From: Xanthobacteraceae bacterium
GTDB taxonomy: Bacteria; Pseudomonadota; Alphaproteobacteria; Rhizobiales; Xanthobacteraceae
DNA: 59,203 nt
Reading direction: 5' to 3'
Assembly: GCA_036491235.1 (NCBI GenBank)
Contig: DASXCK010000472.1
Span: 1 to 59,203, forward strand
Shown here: positions 22,288-31,393 of the stretch, piece by piece
How the letters are laid out: each line of letters opens with the position of its first letter
How positions within the stretch are numbered: the first letter of the stretch is position 1
The notes under the pieces: model-generated
The model's input: the letters and a program-made list of their open reading frames with translations, nothing else
Told to the model about the DNA's origin: nothing
The model's database searches: none
Made by a program: the position numbers and the translations under genes

Positions 22288-23679
22288 CTACCGCTGCGCA
22301 TAGCCGCCGCCGCGCAGCCGATCGAGCATCGCGGCGCTCGCGAACCCGTCCGGAGCGAGACCGGCGGAGAGCTGGTAGCGCTTGATCGCCTTGCGGGTAT
22401 GCGCATCGATACGGCCGTCCGGCTCGCCGCCGATGTCGAAGCCGCGCGCGACGAGGAGCTTCTGCAGCTCGTAGCGTTCGGTGCCGGTGAGCACGCGCTC
22501 GTCGCGCGGCCACGCCTGGGCGAACGGCGGATCACCGCGCAGCCGGTCGGCGAGATGGCCGATCGCGAGCGCATAGGCCTCGGCCGGATTGTAGCGCATG
22601 ATGACGCGGAAATTGGTGAGCATCAGGAACGCGGGCCCGCGCCCGCCCGCCGGCAGCAGCAGGAACGCCTTGTCGGCCTGACGCGGAAACATCCTGCCGC
22701 CGACACGCGCGATGCCGCGGCGCACCCAGTCGCGCACCGGCATCGGCCGCCCCTCGGCGAGCAGGTAATCGAAGCCTTGCGGCAGCATGACCTCGTAGCC
22801 CCAGGTCTCGCCCGCCTTCCAGCCATCGAGCTTGAGGTTATTGGCGGTCGAGGCGACGAGGTCGGGGATCGAGGCGACGACGTCGCGCCGTCCGTCGCCG
22901 TCAAAATCGACCGCGTAGCGCTTGAACGCCGTCGGCATGAACTGGGTCGGCCCGAAGGCGCCGGCCCACGATCCCTTGAGCTCGTCGGGGCTCAAGTCGC
23001 CGTGGTTTAGGATTTCCAGCGTTGCCAGGAACTCGCCCTTGAAGTAGTTCTGCCGGCGGCCGACGCAGGCGAGCGTCGCGGTCGAGCGCAACACCGAGCG
23101 CTCGCCGATGGCGGTCGAGTAGTTCGACTCGATGCCCCAGATCGCCGCGACGACATGGCGGTCGACGCCGTAGGCGCGCTCCATCGCATCGAAGGTGGGC
23201 TTATAGGCCGCGAGGATCTCGCGCCCGCGCTTGATACGCGCGTCGCTCACCAGCATGTCGAGATAGTCCCAGATCGCCCGGGTGAACTCGGGCTGGGCGT
23301 CCATCAGATCCATGATCTTGAGATCGGGCGTGAGGCCGGCGGTCGCGCGCACGAACGTCTCGCGGGTCACGCCACGGCGGGCGGCGTCGGGCCAATAGCC
23401 CTCGATACAATTGGGAAAATTCGCCGCCGCGGCGCGGATCGCATCGGCCTGCATCAGCGGGCTGCCGGACGCGCCCGATTGCCCGCTCCAGTCGCCCTTG
23501 CTCGGCGGCGCGGCCGGTGCCGGATCGCCGAACAGATGAAATCCGCCGATGCTGCCCGTGAACAGGTCGGCGATCCCGGAGGAGCCACCCGGTGTCTGCG
23601 CGTCCGCGCGGCCGGCCAAGGGCGCAAGCAGCAGCCCGGCTGCCGCCGCGACCCGCAGGATCCGCTTCCCACCCGTCAT
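22288..23679 (-). CDS. Lytic murein transglycosylase (MltB-like) with a C-terminal peptidoglycan-binding domain
   Basis: ORF 22288..23679, 463 aa. Signal peptide, AIWGIESNY, GAFGPTQFMP, and a C-terminal LQKLLVARGFDIGGEPDGRIDAHTRKAIKRYQ. Confidence 0.85.
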   Translation of the reverse strand: MTGGKRILRVAAAAGLLLAPLAGRADAQTPGGSSGIADLFTGSIGGFHLFGDPAPAAPPSKGDWSGQSGASGSPLMQADAIRAAAANFPNCIEGYWPDAARRGVTRETFVRATAGLTPDLKIMDLMDAQPEFTRAIWDYLDMLVSDARIKRGREILAAYKPTFDAMERAYGVDRHVVAAIWGIESNYSTAIGERSVLRSTATLACVGRRQNYFKGEFLATLEILNHGDLSPDELKGSWAGAFGPTQFMPTAFKRYAVDFDGDGRRDVVASIPDLVASTANNLKLDGWKAGETWGYEVMLPQGFDYLLAEGRPMPVRDWVRRGIARVGGRMFPRQADKAFLLLPAGGRGPAFLMLTNFRVIMRYNPAEAYALAIGHLADRLRGDPPFAQAWPRDERVLTGTERYELQKLLVARGFDIGGEPDGRIDAHTRKAIKRYQLSAGLAPDGFASAAMLDRLRGGGYAQR

Positions 23680-23904
23680 CTCGCGCTTCCGTGATCCGAT
23701 GCCCGCCAGGCGCCCGCCGCCATTAGGGGCCCAGATGTGGTTTCAGTATGTTTAACATCGGACGGAGGCGTGGTGCGAACCGGCTGCGGCCTCAGTCGTT
23801 TACCGTGAGGCCAACGGGCGCATGGTAAATAAGCCTTTGATTCTTCCCTTTTGTCACGCCTTGTGCCTGAAAAAACCCTCCTTCTCACCGCACCCCCGAG
23901 TCCC

Positions 23905-24780
23905 ATGAAGCCCATTCGCAAAGCAATCTTCCCGGTGGCCGGTCTCGGCACCCGTTTCCTACCCGCCACCAAGGCGATGCCCAAAGAAATGCTGACGGTG
24001 GTCGACCGGCCGTTGATCCAGCACGTGGTCGACGAGGCGCGCGAAGCCGGGATCGAGCACTTCATCTTCGTCACCGGCCGCAACAAGGGCGTGATCGAGG
24101 ATCACTTCGACCGCCAGTTCGAGCTCGAGGTCACGCTGGGGGAGCGCAACAAGCGCGCCGAGCTCGGGCTGCTCGAGGACGCCCTGCCCGACGCGGGCCA
24201 GGCCAGCTTCACGCGCCAGCAATCGCCGCTCGGTCTGGGGCACGCGGTGTGGTGCGCGCGCGGGATCGTGGGCAACGAGCCGTTCGCGCTGCTCTTGCCC
24301 GACGTGCTGGTGCAGCACAGCCGCGGCTGCCTCGCCCAGATGATGGATACCTATCGCCAGAACGGGACCGACGCGAACATGATCGCGGTCGAGGAGGTGC
24401 CGCCCGAGCGCGTCCACATGTACGGTGTCGTGGGCGTCGGCGCGCCGGTAGGCAAGGCATTCAAGATCACCCAAATGGTTGAGAAGCCGAAGCGCGAGGA
24501 GGCGCCTTCCAACCTGAGCATCACGGGCCGCTACATCTTGCAGCCGGAAATTTTTGACGTTCTGGAAAACCAGCCGCGCGGCGCCGGCGGCGAGATCCAG
24601 CTCACCGACGGGATGGTTCGCCTTGCACAGACGCAGCCGTTCCTCGGTTTCAAGTTCGAGGGCTCGAGCTTCGACTGCGGCTCGAAGGTCGGCTTCCTCG
24701 CCGCCAACGTCGCCTACGCGCTCGAGCGCAAGGACATTGCGCCGGCGTTCCGGGAAGAGCTCAAGCGGATTTTGGGGTGA
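23905..24780 (+). CDS. galU: UTP--glucose-1-phosphate uridylyltransferase
   Basis: ORF 23851..24780 trimmed to MKPIRKAIFPVAGLGTRFLPATKAMPKEMLTVVDRPLIQHVVDEA, with a later VEKP motif. Confidence 0.9.
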   Translation: MKPIRKAIFPVAGLGTRFLPATKAMPKEMLTVVDRPLIQHVVDEAREAGIEHFIFVTGRNKGVIEDHFDRQFELEVTLGERNKRAELGLLEDALPDAGQASFTRQQSPLGLGHAVWCARGIVGNEPFALLLPDVLVQHSRGCLAQMMDTYRQNGTDANMIAVEEVPPERVHMYGVVGVGAPVGKAFKITQMVEKPKREEAPSNLSITGRYILQPEIFDVLENQPRGAGGEIQLTDGMVRLAQTQPFLGFKFEGSSFDCGSKVGFLAANVAYALERKDIAPAFREELKRILG

Positions 24781-24810
24781 GAGCTTAAACCCAGCGGGCC
24801 GGCTCGCGCA

Positions 24811-25122
24811 TCACCAGCGCCGGCCCCAGCGGCGGCCACCCCAGCCGCGATTCCCGCCCCAGCCTCCGCCGCGGACCAACCTGATGACGAGAAGCAGCAC
24901 CACGGCGCCGATCGTCGCGTTGATGATTGCGGCGATCAGGCCGGTGCCGAGATGGATGTGGAGTTGCGGCAGCAGCCATTGGCCGATGAAAGCGCCGATG
25001 ACACCGATGATGATGTCGCCGATCAGCCCGAACGCGTAGCCGCGCGTGATCTCGCCGGCGAGCCAGCCGGCGACTGCACCGACAACGAGGATCGTCAGCA
25101 GGCTTTCATTCGAGAAATACAT
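24811..25122 (-). CDS. GlsB/YeaQ/YmgE family stress-response membrane protein with a Gly/Arg/Trp-rich tail
   Basis: ORF 24811..25122, 103 aa. ILVVGAVAGWLAGEITRGYAFGLIGDIIIGVIGAFIGQWL. The tail is RGGGWGGNRGWGGRRWGRRW. Confidence 0.85.
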   Translation of the reverse strand: MYFSNESLLTILVVGAVAGWLAGEITRGYAFGLIGDIIIGVIGAFIGQWLLPQLHIHLGTGLIAAIINATIGAVVLLLVIRLVRGGGWGGNRGWGGRRWGRRW

Positions 25123-25150
25123 CGCCTGTCTCCGCCAGCTGCATCTACTG

Positions 25151-25301
25151 CGTCATTGCCCCGCGCATAGCCGTTCAAAGAACGGCGTCGCTTCGCTCGC
25201 CTATGGCGGCAATCCAGTATTCACGAACGCGGGAGCGGAACGTCGACAGTGTCCTACGGATGCGCTGCGGCGTACTGGATCGTCCACTTACGCGGATGAC
25301 G
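25151..25301. repeat. REP-C copy (degenerate)
   Basis: CGTCATTGCCCCGCGCATAGCC...GGCGGCAATCCAGTATTC...GTACTGGATCGTCCACTTACGCGGATGACG. Confidence 0.7.
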
Positions 25302-25387
25302 GCGACTGGAGAGTCCGCTGCGCAGTAGGACTACAGGACGCCCTACCCTCCAGATGACGCAGGGCCTCGTAAAAAGTTCCATTGCGC

Positions 25388-27121
25388 CTAGCGCTGCAGG
25401 CGCACGCCGAGCAGGAATTGATCGGCCGTGTAGTCGAAGCCGGGCAGCGACGAGGCTACCCAGTCGCGGCGAACCTGCGCCTTGAGCTGCACCTCGCGGC
25501 TGAGCTTGTAGAGCAGCTGGAACGACGCGAAATAGCGATGATCGAACCGCTCGAGGCCGACATAATCGTCGGTGCCGTAGCCGATCTGCGCGGTGGCGAT
25601 CAGCCAGCGGCGGAGCGAATGGTCGACCTGCAGCGCGAAATCATGTGAAAGATCACCCGACACACCCGGCACGATCACCTCATTCACGGCTGTCTTCGCG
25701 GTCGCCGTGAACGTGGTGAGCGCCGTCGCGGCGAAGATGAGCGACGCGTCGATCGTCGTGCCGCCGATGCTGTTGAGCGTGGGGTCCTTGTAGTCGCGGG
25801 AGATCTGGCCGACTGCGACCTCGCCGGTGAGCTTGCGGGTGATCTCGAAGGTGGTCCCGACCTTGGCGTAGACGCCGTTGGAATCGCGCTGCTCGCCGTT
25901 GCGGTCGAAGGTGAGGTCGTGCAGACGGGTGTCGGCGCCGGTCTCGACGAACGGCGTGAGCCCGGGCTTGAGCTCGTAGCCCACGCGCAACGATCCGCCG
26001 TACTGATTGAAGTTACGGTCGTCGTTGGCCGAGGTCGTGCCGTCGGTCAGTGTGGAATCCTGCCATATGCTGCGGTCGAACGTGCCCTTGGCGGTGACCT
26101 CCAATCGGTTGAAAGCCTGCGTGTAGCCGAGCGTGGTGCCGACCGTCGTGACGATGGGCAGGCGCGCGAGTCCAGCCTGGATGTTCGGACTACCGGGGTT
26201 GTCGGTGCCGATCAACAGGCGCCCTTCCATGTCGAGGTGGCTGCGGCTGTTCACGTCGATGCGGCCGTCGACGCGTGAGTCGAGGGTCGGGCGGTCGAGT
26301 GAATTCGGAGTGCCGGAAGGCGTACCGTCGGCATTGGTGCCGAACTTCTCCGTATAGGCGAGGTAGCTGCCCCTGATGTCGGCGCTGAGCGCGTGCCGCT
26401 CCCAGTCGGAGCGCACCTTGAGCTCGGGCGAGACCATGAACAGGAACGAGTCCTTGCCGCCCTGCACGTGCGAAGGATTGCTGTCGAAGCCGCCGGTCAA
26501 CTCGACGGCGGGAAAGAACGTGAAGGCGCCGACGCGAATGCCGGTCGGCGCGAACGGATCCGTGTCGACCGCCACCTTGCGCTTGGTCGGCGTCTGGATG
26601 GCAGGCACGAGCGTCTGCACCGGCACCTCGGCCACCGATGTGCCGCGCCGGGTGTCCTGGGCGGACGGCCGCGTCGTCACGGTCGCGGGCACCGGGTCGG
26701 GCACGACGCCGATCGGCGGCCGCAGCGGCAGCGAGACGCCCGGCTTCTGGCGCACGGCGTCGCGCGCCTTGCGGCGCTTCGCATTGGTTGAATCGAAGCC
26801 GGTCCCGCCGGCGCCGGAGGCCGGCGGATTGCCATAGACCTGAACCTGCCCGAACGTGGTCGGTGCGTCGTCACCCTGCTGGCCCGGCTTGGTGACGCGG
26901 CGAAAGCGCGGTGCGCGCAGGTCCTGTTTGTCCGGCTTGCGGGGCGCGAACACGGTCGTGGCGCTCGGCAGCCGAAAAAGGTCGCCGTCGTCGGCTGCCG
27001 TCTGGGCGCACGCGGGCGCGATCGCGGCCACGCACAGGACCGCGCCTGATGCCGCAGCAGTCAGGGCAAAGCAAAAACGCGGCACGATCGATGTCCTCGG
27101 GCCCGGCCGATCGGTAAACAT
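25388..27121 (-). CDS. Outer-membrane beta-barrel protein (putative porin-2/BBP2-type)
   Basis: ORF 25388..27121, 577 aa. Signal peptide ending ACAQ, a roughly 180-aa P/G/T-rich region, then alternating-hydrophobic strands up to DQFLLGVRLQR. An alternative GTG start at 27085 has a better RBS. Confidence 0.6.
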   Translation of the reverse strand: MFTDRPGPRTSIVPRFCFALTAAASGAVLCVAAIAPACAQTAADDGDLFRLPSATTVFAPRKPDKQDLRAPRFRRVTKPGQQGDDAPTTFGQVQVYGNPPASGAGGTGFDSTNAKRRKARDAVRQKPGVSLPLRPPIGVVPDPVPATVTTRPSAQDTRRGTSVAEVPVQTLVPAIQTPTKRKVAVDTDPFAPTGIRVGAFTFFPAVELTGGFDSNPSHVQGGKDSFLFMVSPELKVRSDWERHALSADIRGSYLAYTEKFGTNADGTPSGTPNSLDRPTLDSRVDGRIDVNSRSHLDMEGRLLIGTDNPGSPNIQAGLARLPIVTTVGTTLGYTQAFNRLEVTAKGTFDRSIWQDSTLTDGTTSANDDRNFNQYGGSLRVGYELKPGLTPFVETGADTRLHDLTFDRNGEQRDSNGVYAKVGTTFEITRKLTGEVAVGQISRDYKDPTLNSIGGTTIDASLIFAATALTTFTATAKTAVNEVIVPGVSGDLSHDFALQVDHSLRRWLIATAQIGYGTDDYVGLERFDHRYFASFQLLYKLSREVQLKAQVRRDWVASSLPGFDYTADQFLLGVRLQR

Positions 27122-27122
27122 T

Positions 27123-27164
27123 GGTTAACGGAGATAAAATGGGTATGGTTAACGAGGGGTTACG
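27123..27164. promoter_or_regulatory. Direct repeats GGTTAACG x2 plus GGTTACG in a divergent promoter gap
   Basis: GGTTAACG at 27123-27130 and 27147-27154 (24-bp register), and GGTTACG at 27158-27164. They lie between the OMP gene and kpsF. Confidence 0.3.
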
Positions 27165-27254
27165 GGCTCGCCCGGGCGGTCGCCGCGCCTGTCCGTTCAT
27201 GCTATTTGACGCAGCCGAGTCACATCGGCTGGCTGTCGCGGCCGAGGGGGTCCG

Positions 27255-28244
27255 GTGGAAGCGAGTTCCAGCAAATCCAAGCAGTTCCTGATCGACTCGG
27301 CGCTGCGCACGTTCGAAGCCGGCTCCGGCGGCATCGCGGCGCTCGCGAGCGCCATGCAGAACGGCCTGGGCCGGCCTTTCGCGGCTGCCGTCGAGCTGAT
27401 CCACGCGGTCCGCGGACGCGTGGTGGTGACCGGCATGGGCAAGTCCGGGCATGTCGGCCGCAAGCTCGCGGCGACGCTCGCGTCGACCGGCACGCCCGCC
27501 TTCTTCGTGCACCCGGCCGAGGCCAGCCATGGCGATCTCGGGATGATCACCCCCGACGACGTGATCATGGCGCTGTCCTGGTCGGGCGAGACCGCGGAGC
27601 TGAAGAACCTGATCGACTACTCGCGCCGTTTCCGCATCGGCTTGATTGCCGTCACGGCGGAGGCCACGAGCAGCCTTGCCCAGGCGGCCGACGTGGTTCT
27701 GACGCTGCCGACCGCACGCGAGGCGTGCCCGCACAACCTCGCGCCCACGACGTCGACGCTGATGCAGCTCGCGCTCGGCGACGCGATCGCGATCGCGCTG
27801 CTGGAAAGCCGCGGCTTCACGGCGATCGATTTCCGCACCCTGCATCCGGGCGGGCGGCTCGGCGCCGCGTTGCGATTCGTGCGTCACTTGATGCACCAGC
27901 GCGACGCCATCCCGCGGGTAGCGCTCGGCGCGCCGATGTCGGAGGCGCTGGTCGAAATGTCGGCGAAGGGCTTTGGCTGCGTCGGCATCCTGGGCGACGC
28001 GGGCGAGCTTCTCGGCATCATCACGGACGGCGACCTGCGCCGCCATATGCGGCCCGACCTCCTCGACGCCAAGGTCGACACGGTGATGACCCGGGCACCG
28101 ATCACGGTGCGGCCCGATCAGCTCGCCAGCGAGGCGATCGAGATCATCAACTCGGCGAAGATCACGGCGCTGTTCGTGGTCGACGACGGCAAGGCCGTCG
28201 GCATCGTGCATTTGCACGATTTGCTGCGCGCCGGGGTGGCCTGA
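27255..28244 (+). CDS. kpsF: KpsF/GutQ family arabinose-5-phosphate isomerase (SIS + tandem CBS)
   Basis: ORF 27255..28244 (GTG start), 329 aa. VVVTGMGKSGHVGRKLAATLASTGTPAFFVHPAEASHGDLGMI, and C-terminal CBS pairs (GIITDGDLRR, VGIVHLHDLLRAG). Confidence 0.9.
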   Translation: MEASSSKSKQFLIDSALRTFEAGSGGIAALASAMQNGLGRPFAAAVELIHAVRGRVVVTGMGKSGHVGRKLAATLASTGTPAFFVHPAEASHGDLGMITPDDVIMALSWSGETAELKNLIDYSRRFRIGLIAVTAEATSSLAQAADVVLTLPTAREACPHNLAPTTSTLMQLALGDAIAIALLESRGFTAIDFRTLHPGGRLGAALRFVRHLMHQRDAIPRVALGAPMSEALVEMSAKGFGCVGILGDAGELLGIITDGDLRRHMRPDLLDAKVDTVMTRAPITVRPDQLASEAIEIINSAKITALFVVDDGKAVGIVHLHDLLRAGVA

Positions 28245-28255
28245 CGGATCACTTG

Positions 28256-28346
28256 TGTAGGGTGGGCAAAGCGAAGCGCGCCCACCATGCAGCGGCGCCA
28301 TACATCACGCGTGGGCACGGCGCTACGCGCCTTTGCCCACCCTACA
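28256..28346. repeat. REP-D (single copy in the window)
   Basis: Perfect 16-bp terminal inverted repeat TGTAGGGTGGGCAAAG / CTTTGCCCACCCTACA with internal GCGCCCACC...GTGGGCAC. It fills the gap between the convergent kpsF and nfeD. Confidence 0.8.
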
Positions 28347-28352
28347 GCCCAA

Positions 28353-28799
28353 TCACTGATCTCTGACAACTGATAGCGTCGCGCCATCGACCGCCGTGAC
28401 CTTGACGCGGCAGCCGGTCGGGCAGTCGGGGCCGGTGATGCGCCACACCGTGTCGCCGATGCCGACCGTGCCGTTGCCGCCGACGATCGGCTTCTCCAAT
28501 GTGAACACCCGGCCGATGAACGCATCGGCGCGGCGATTAAGGAAGGGCTGGTCGGTCGGCCGGAGCGCGTGCGCGCCGAGACGCCGCCACAGCGGAATCG
28601 CGGCGATGGCGAAGAGCGCGAAGGCGACGAACTGGTACTGCCAGCTCCAGTCGACGAAGAACGAGATCACGCCGACCAGGAAGGCGGAGAGCCCGAGCCA
28701 AAGCATGAACGTGCCGGGCGCCATCACCTCGAGCAGCAGCAGCACCGCGGCGAGGATGAACCAGTCCCAGAAACCGAGCGTCAGGGCGAGTGACCACAT
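28353..28799 (-). CDS. NfeD family membrane protein
   Basis: ORF 28353..28799, 148 aa. Three TM helices, then an OB-fold-like C-terminus GRVFTLEKPIVGGNGTVGIGDTVWRITGPDCPTGCRVKV. It lies downstream of the SPFH gene. Confidence 0.8.
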   Translation of the reverse strand: MWSLALTLGFWDWFILAAVLLLLEVMAPGTFMLWLGLSAFLVGVISFFVDWSWQYQFVAFALFAIAAIPLWRRLGAHALRPTDQPFLNRRADAFIGRVFTLEKPIVGGNGTVGIGDTVWRITGPDCPTGCRVKVTAVDGATLSVVRDQ

Positions 28800-28811
28800 C
28801 GCAATCCCTCG

Positions 28812-29837
28812 CTAGTCCGGACGCGTGCTCGGCACGGCGGTCGTGGGCGCCGGCGGTGTCGGGCGCGTTCCGGGCATCGGCGGCGCCGGCCGGCGGCCGG
28901 GCGGCGGCGTTGCGGGCGGCGCACCGCCAAAGGCGGACTTGGCGAGTTCTCCGATGCCGGCGAGCGAGCCCAGCACCGCGGTCGCCTCGATGGGCAGCAT
29001 CAGCACCTTCTGGTTCGGCGAATGCGCGAGCTCGGTGAAGGCCTTGAGGTACTGCTGGGCGACGAAATAGTTGAGCGCCGCGGTATCGCCGCTCGCGATC
29101 GCCTGGCTCACCATCTGGGTCGCCTTCGCCTCGGCGAGGGCGAGCCGCTCGCGCGCCTCGGCGTCGCGGAATGCGGCCTCGCGGCGGCCTTCCGCCTCCA
29201 GAATCTGCGACTGCTTGGCACCCTCGGCGCGCAGGATTTGCGACTGGCGCCCGCCTTCGGCGGTGAGGATCTCGGCGCGCTTCTCGCGCTCGGCCTTCAT
29301 CTGCCGGGCCATGGCCTCGACCAGGTTGGCGGGCGGCACGATATCCTTGATCTCGATGCGGTTGACCTTGACGCCCCACGGCGAGACCGCCGCGTCGACC
29401 ACGCGCAGCAGCCGCTCGTTGATCTCATCGCGGTGGGAAAGCATCTGGTCGAGATCCATCGAGCCCATGACGGAGCGGATGTTGGTCATCGTGAGCTTGA
29501 TGATTGCCGAATTGAGCTGGGCGACCTCGTAGCTCGCCTTGGCGGCGTCGATCACCTGGAAGAACGCGACGCCGTCGACCGTCACGGTCGCGTTGTCCTT
29601 GGAGATGACGTCCTGCGACGGAATGTCGATCACCTGCTCCATGACGTTCATCCTGCGACCGATCTTATCGACAAACGGCACGATCAGGTTGAGCCCGGGG
29701 CCGAGCAGCCTGGTGTAACGGCCGAAGCGCTCGACCGTCCAGCTGTAGCCTTGCGGCACTGTCTTCACGCCGAGAAAGATCGTGAGCACCGCCAGCGCCA
29801 CAAGGAGGATCGTGAAAATGCTGAACCCGCCAAGCAT
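28812..29837 (-). CDS. SPFH/Band 7 (stomatin-like, QmcA-type) protein
   Basis: ORF 28812..29906 trimmed to [57 protein letters not shown]. Coiled-coil [14 protein letters not shown] repeats and a Pro-rich tail. Confidence 0.9.
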   Translation of the reverse strand: MLGGFSIFTILLVALAVLTIFLGVKTVPQGYSWTVERFGRYTRLLGPGLNLIVPFVDKIGRRMNVMEQVIDIPSQDVISKDNATVTVDGVAFFQVIDAAKASYEVAQLNSAIIKLTMTNIRSVMGSMDLDQMLSHRDEINERLLRVVDAAVSPWGVKVNRIEIKDIVPPANLVEAMARQMKAEREKRAEILTAEGGRQSQILRAEGAKQSQILEAEGRREAAFRDAEARERLALAEAKATQMVSQAIASGDTAALNYFVAQQYLKAFTELAHSPNQKVLMLPIEATAVLGSLAGIGELAKSAFGGAPPATPPPGRRPAPPMPGTRPTPPAPTTAVPSTRPD

Positions 29838-29950
29838 GGAATTCCCCTTGGCCCGAGCTGATGGCCTGAGCAGGTGCATTGTGAATGTCACGCCCGTGGC
29901 CGGCAAGCCGCCACGGCATCATCATTGGTCAACCCATGGGACCATTTGGT

Positions 29951-30541
29951 TCAAGGGCGCATGCGGCGCATGGACCGCGACCGGCGCCTGATCTCGCTCG
30001 GCGACGCGCGATAGGTCTCGGCAAACACCGCATTGAAGCGCCGCAGACTGCGAAACCCGGCCTGCAGCGCCACTTCGGTCATCGGCAGGTCCGTGCCGTC
30101 GAGGAGCCGCTTGGCGCGCTGCACCCGCGCGGTCCGCGCCACCTGGATAGGGCTCGCGCCGAGGTGCCGTGCGAACAGGCGTGTCAGGTGGCGCGCGCCA
30201 ACCCCGACGCGCGCCGCGAGACGGTCGACCGAAGCGCTCGCGCCGTCGAGTGCGCCATCGCGCATGATCAACCGGGCGGCGCGATCGACGATCGCACGGC
30301 TTCCCTTCCAGGCCGCACTGAACGGCGCGGTCTCGGGCCGGCAGCGCAGGCATGGCCGGAAGCCAGCGGCCTCGGCGGCCGCCGCGCTGGCGAAGAAGCG
30401 CACGTTCTCGGCGCGCGCCGGACGGACCGGACAGACCGGACGGCAGTACACGCCGGTGGTCCGCACGCCGGAAAAGAAGCGCCCGTCATAGGCCGGGTTG
30501 CGCGTGACGCGGGCACGCTCGCAGGCACGGCGGTCGGGCAT
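29951..30541 (-). CDS. Ada-like regulator: Zn-binding methylphosphotriester-acceptor domain + AraC HTH (AdaA-type, no O6-MGMT domain)
   Basis: C-terminal 196 codons of ORF 29951..31345. NPAYDGRFFSGVRTTGVYCRPVCP...GFRPCLRCRPE, then AraC-type HLTRLFARHLGASPIQV...ALQAGFRSLRRFNAVF. Confidence 0.8.
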   Translation of the reverse strand: MPDRRACERARVTRNPAYDGRFFSGVRTTGVYCRPVCPVRPARAENVRFFASAAAAEAAGFRPCLRCRPETAPFSAAWKGSRAIVDRAARLIMRDGALDGASASVDRLAARVGVGARHLTRLFARHLGASPIQVARTARVQRAKRLLDGTDLPMTEVALQAGFRSLRRFNAVFAETYRASPSEIRRRSRSMRRMRP

Positions 30542-30661
30542 CGGGCGCAACGCGTCGCGACGGCGCGCACCGGGGACGGCGTCCGAATCCGGCGAGCGCC
30601 CGAAGCGGCCCGCGCGTATCACGACATCGGCCACGCGACTGCGCATGCATGGGAGATAGCC

Positions 30662-31381
30662 ATGAGACGCGACGATTGTCATCCGCTCGATAACGTCGTC
30701 TGGTCGGCGCTGACGACGACGCATGCGGCGCTCGCGCAAGGGAATGCACATGGAAGCGGGCGCGCACGGCACTATCCGCGCGACATGGCGCCGTTCTCGG
30801 CGGTGGCCGAGCCGTCCGTGCGCGCGTATGCGGATCTCGCCGAAGGACTCGCGGGCGCCGTGGAGGCGCGCCTGTTTCGCCCCGCGCAGGAACCGACGCC
30901 CGCCGGCTGGGAGACGCTGAGCGCGCGCCCGATCATCCAGATGATCGCCGATGACGTGCACTCGGGCCGCAATGTGCCCGATGGCGTGTCGATCGAGCCG
31001 TTGGGTGCAAACGACGCGGCCGAAATGGTCGCGCTGGCGCAGACAACCAAGCCGGGCCCATTGGGTCCGCGCACAGTGCTGCTCGGCGATTACGTCGGCG
31101 TGCGCGATGAAACGCGCCGCCTCATCGCCATGGCGGGAGAACGCTTCCGCCTTCCCGGCCATGTGGAGGTAAGCGCGATCTGCGTCGAGCCGGCGATGCG
31201 CGGGCGCGGCCTCGGGCGCATCCTCACGGTCGCGCTGGTCGAACGCGCGCGCCAACGCGGCGAATCCGCATTCCTGCACGTCTTTCCCGACAATCCGGCG
31301 GCGCAGCTTTACGCGCAATGGGGTTTTCGCGAGCGCGCCCGGCACTGGGTCATCTGGCGCCGGCCGCGCCCCGGCACGTGA
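30662..31381 (+). CDS. GNAT family N-acetyltransferase
   Basis: C-terminal 239 codons of ORF 29885..31381 (the upstream part is antisense to the ada-like gene). Acetyl-CoA motif ICVEPAMRGRGLGRILTVALVERARQRGESAFLHVFPDNPAAQLYAQWGF. Confidence 0.65.
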   Translation: MRRDDCHPLDNVVWSALTTTHAALAQGNAHGSGRARHYPRDMAPFSAVAEPSVRAYADLAEGLAGAVEARLFRPAQEPTPAGWETLSARPIIQMIADDVHSGRNVPDGVSIEPLGANDAAEMVALAQTTKPGPLGPRTVLLGDYVGVRDETRRLIAMAGERFRLPGHVEVSAICVEPAMRGRGLGRILTVALVERARQRGESAFLHVFPDNPAAQLYAQWGFRERARHWVIWRRPRPGT

Positions 31382-31393
31382 TCCGCCTGCACC

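Noticed and set aside
29885-30661. The first 259 codons of ORF 29885..31381, which would make a 498-aa protein.
   Set aside because: This part is antisense to the Ada-like regulator and has no GNAT or other homology. GNAT similarity starts at the internal ATG at 30662.
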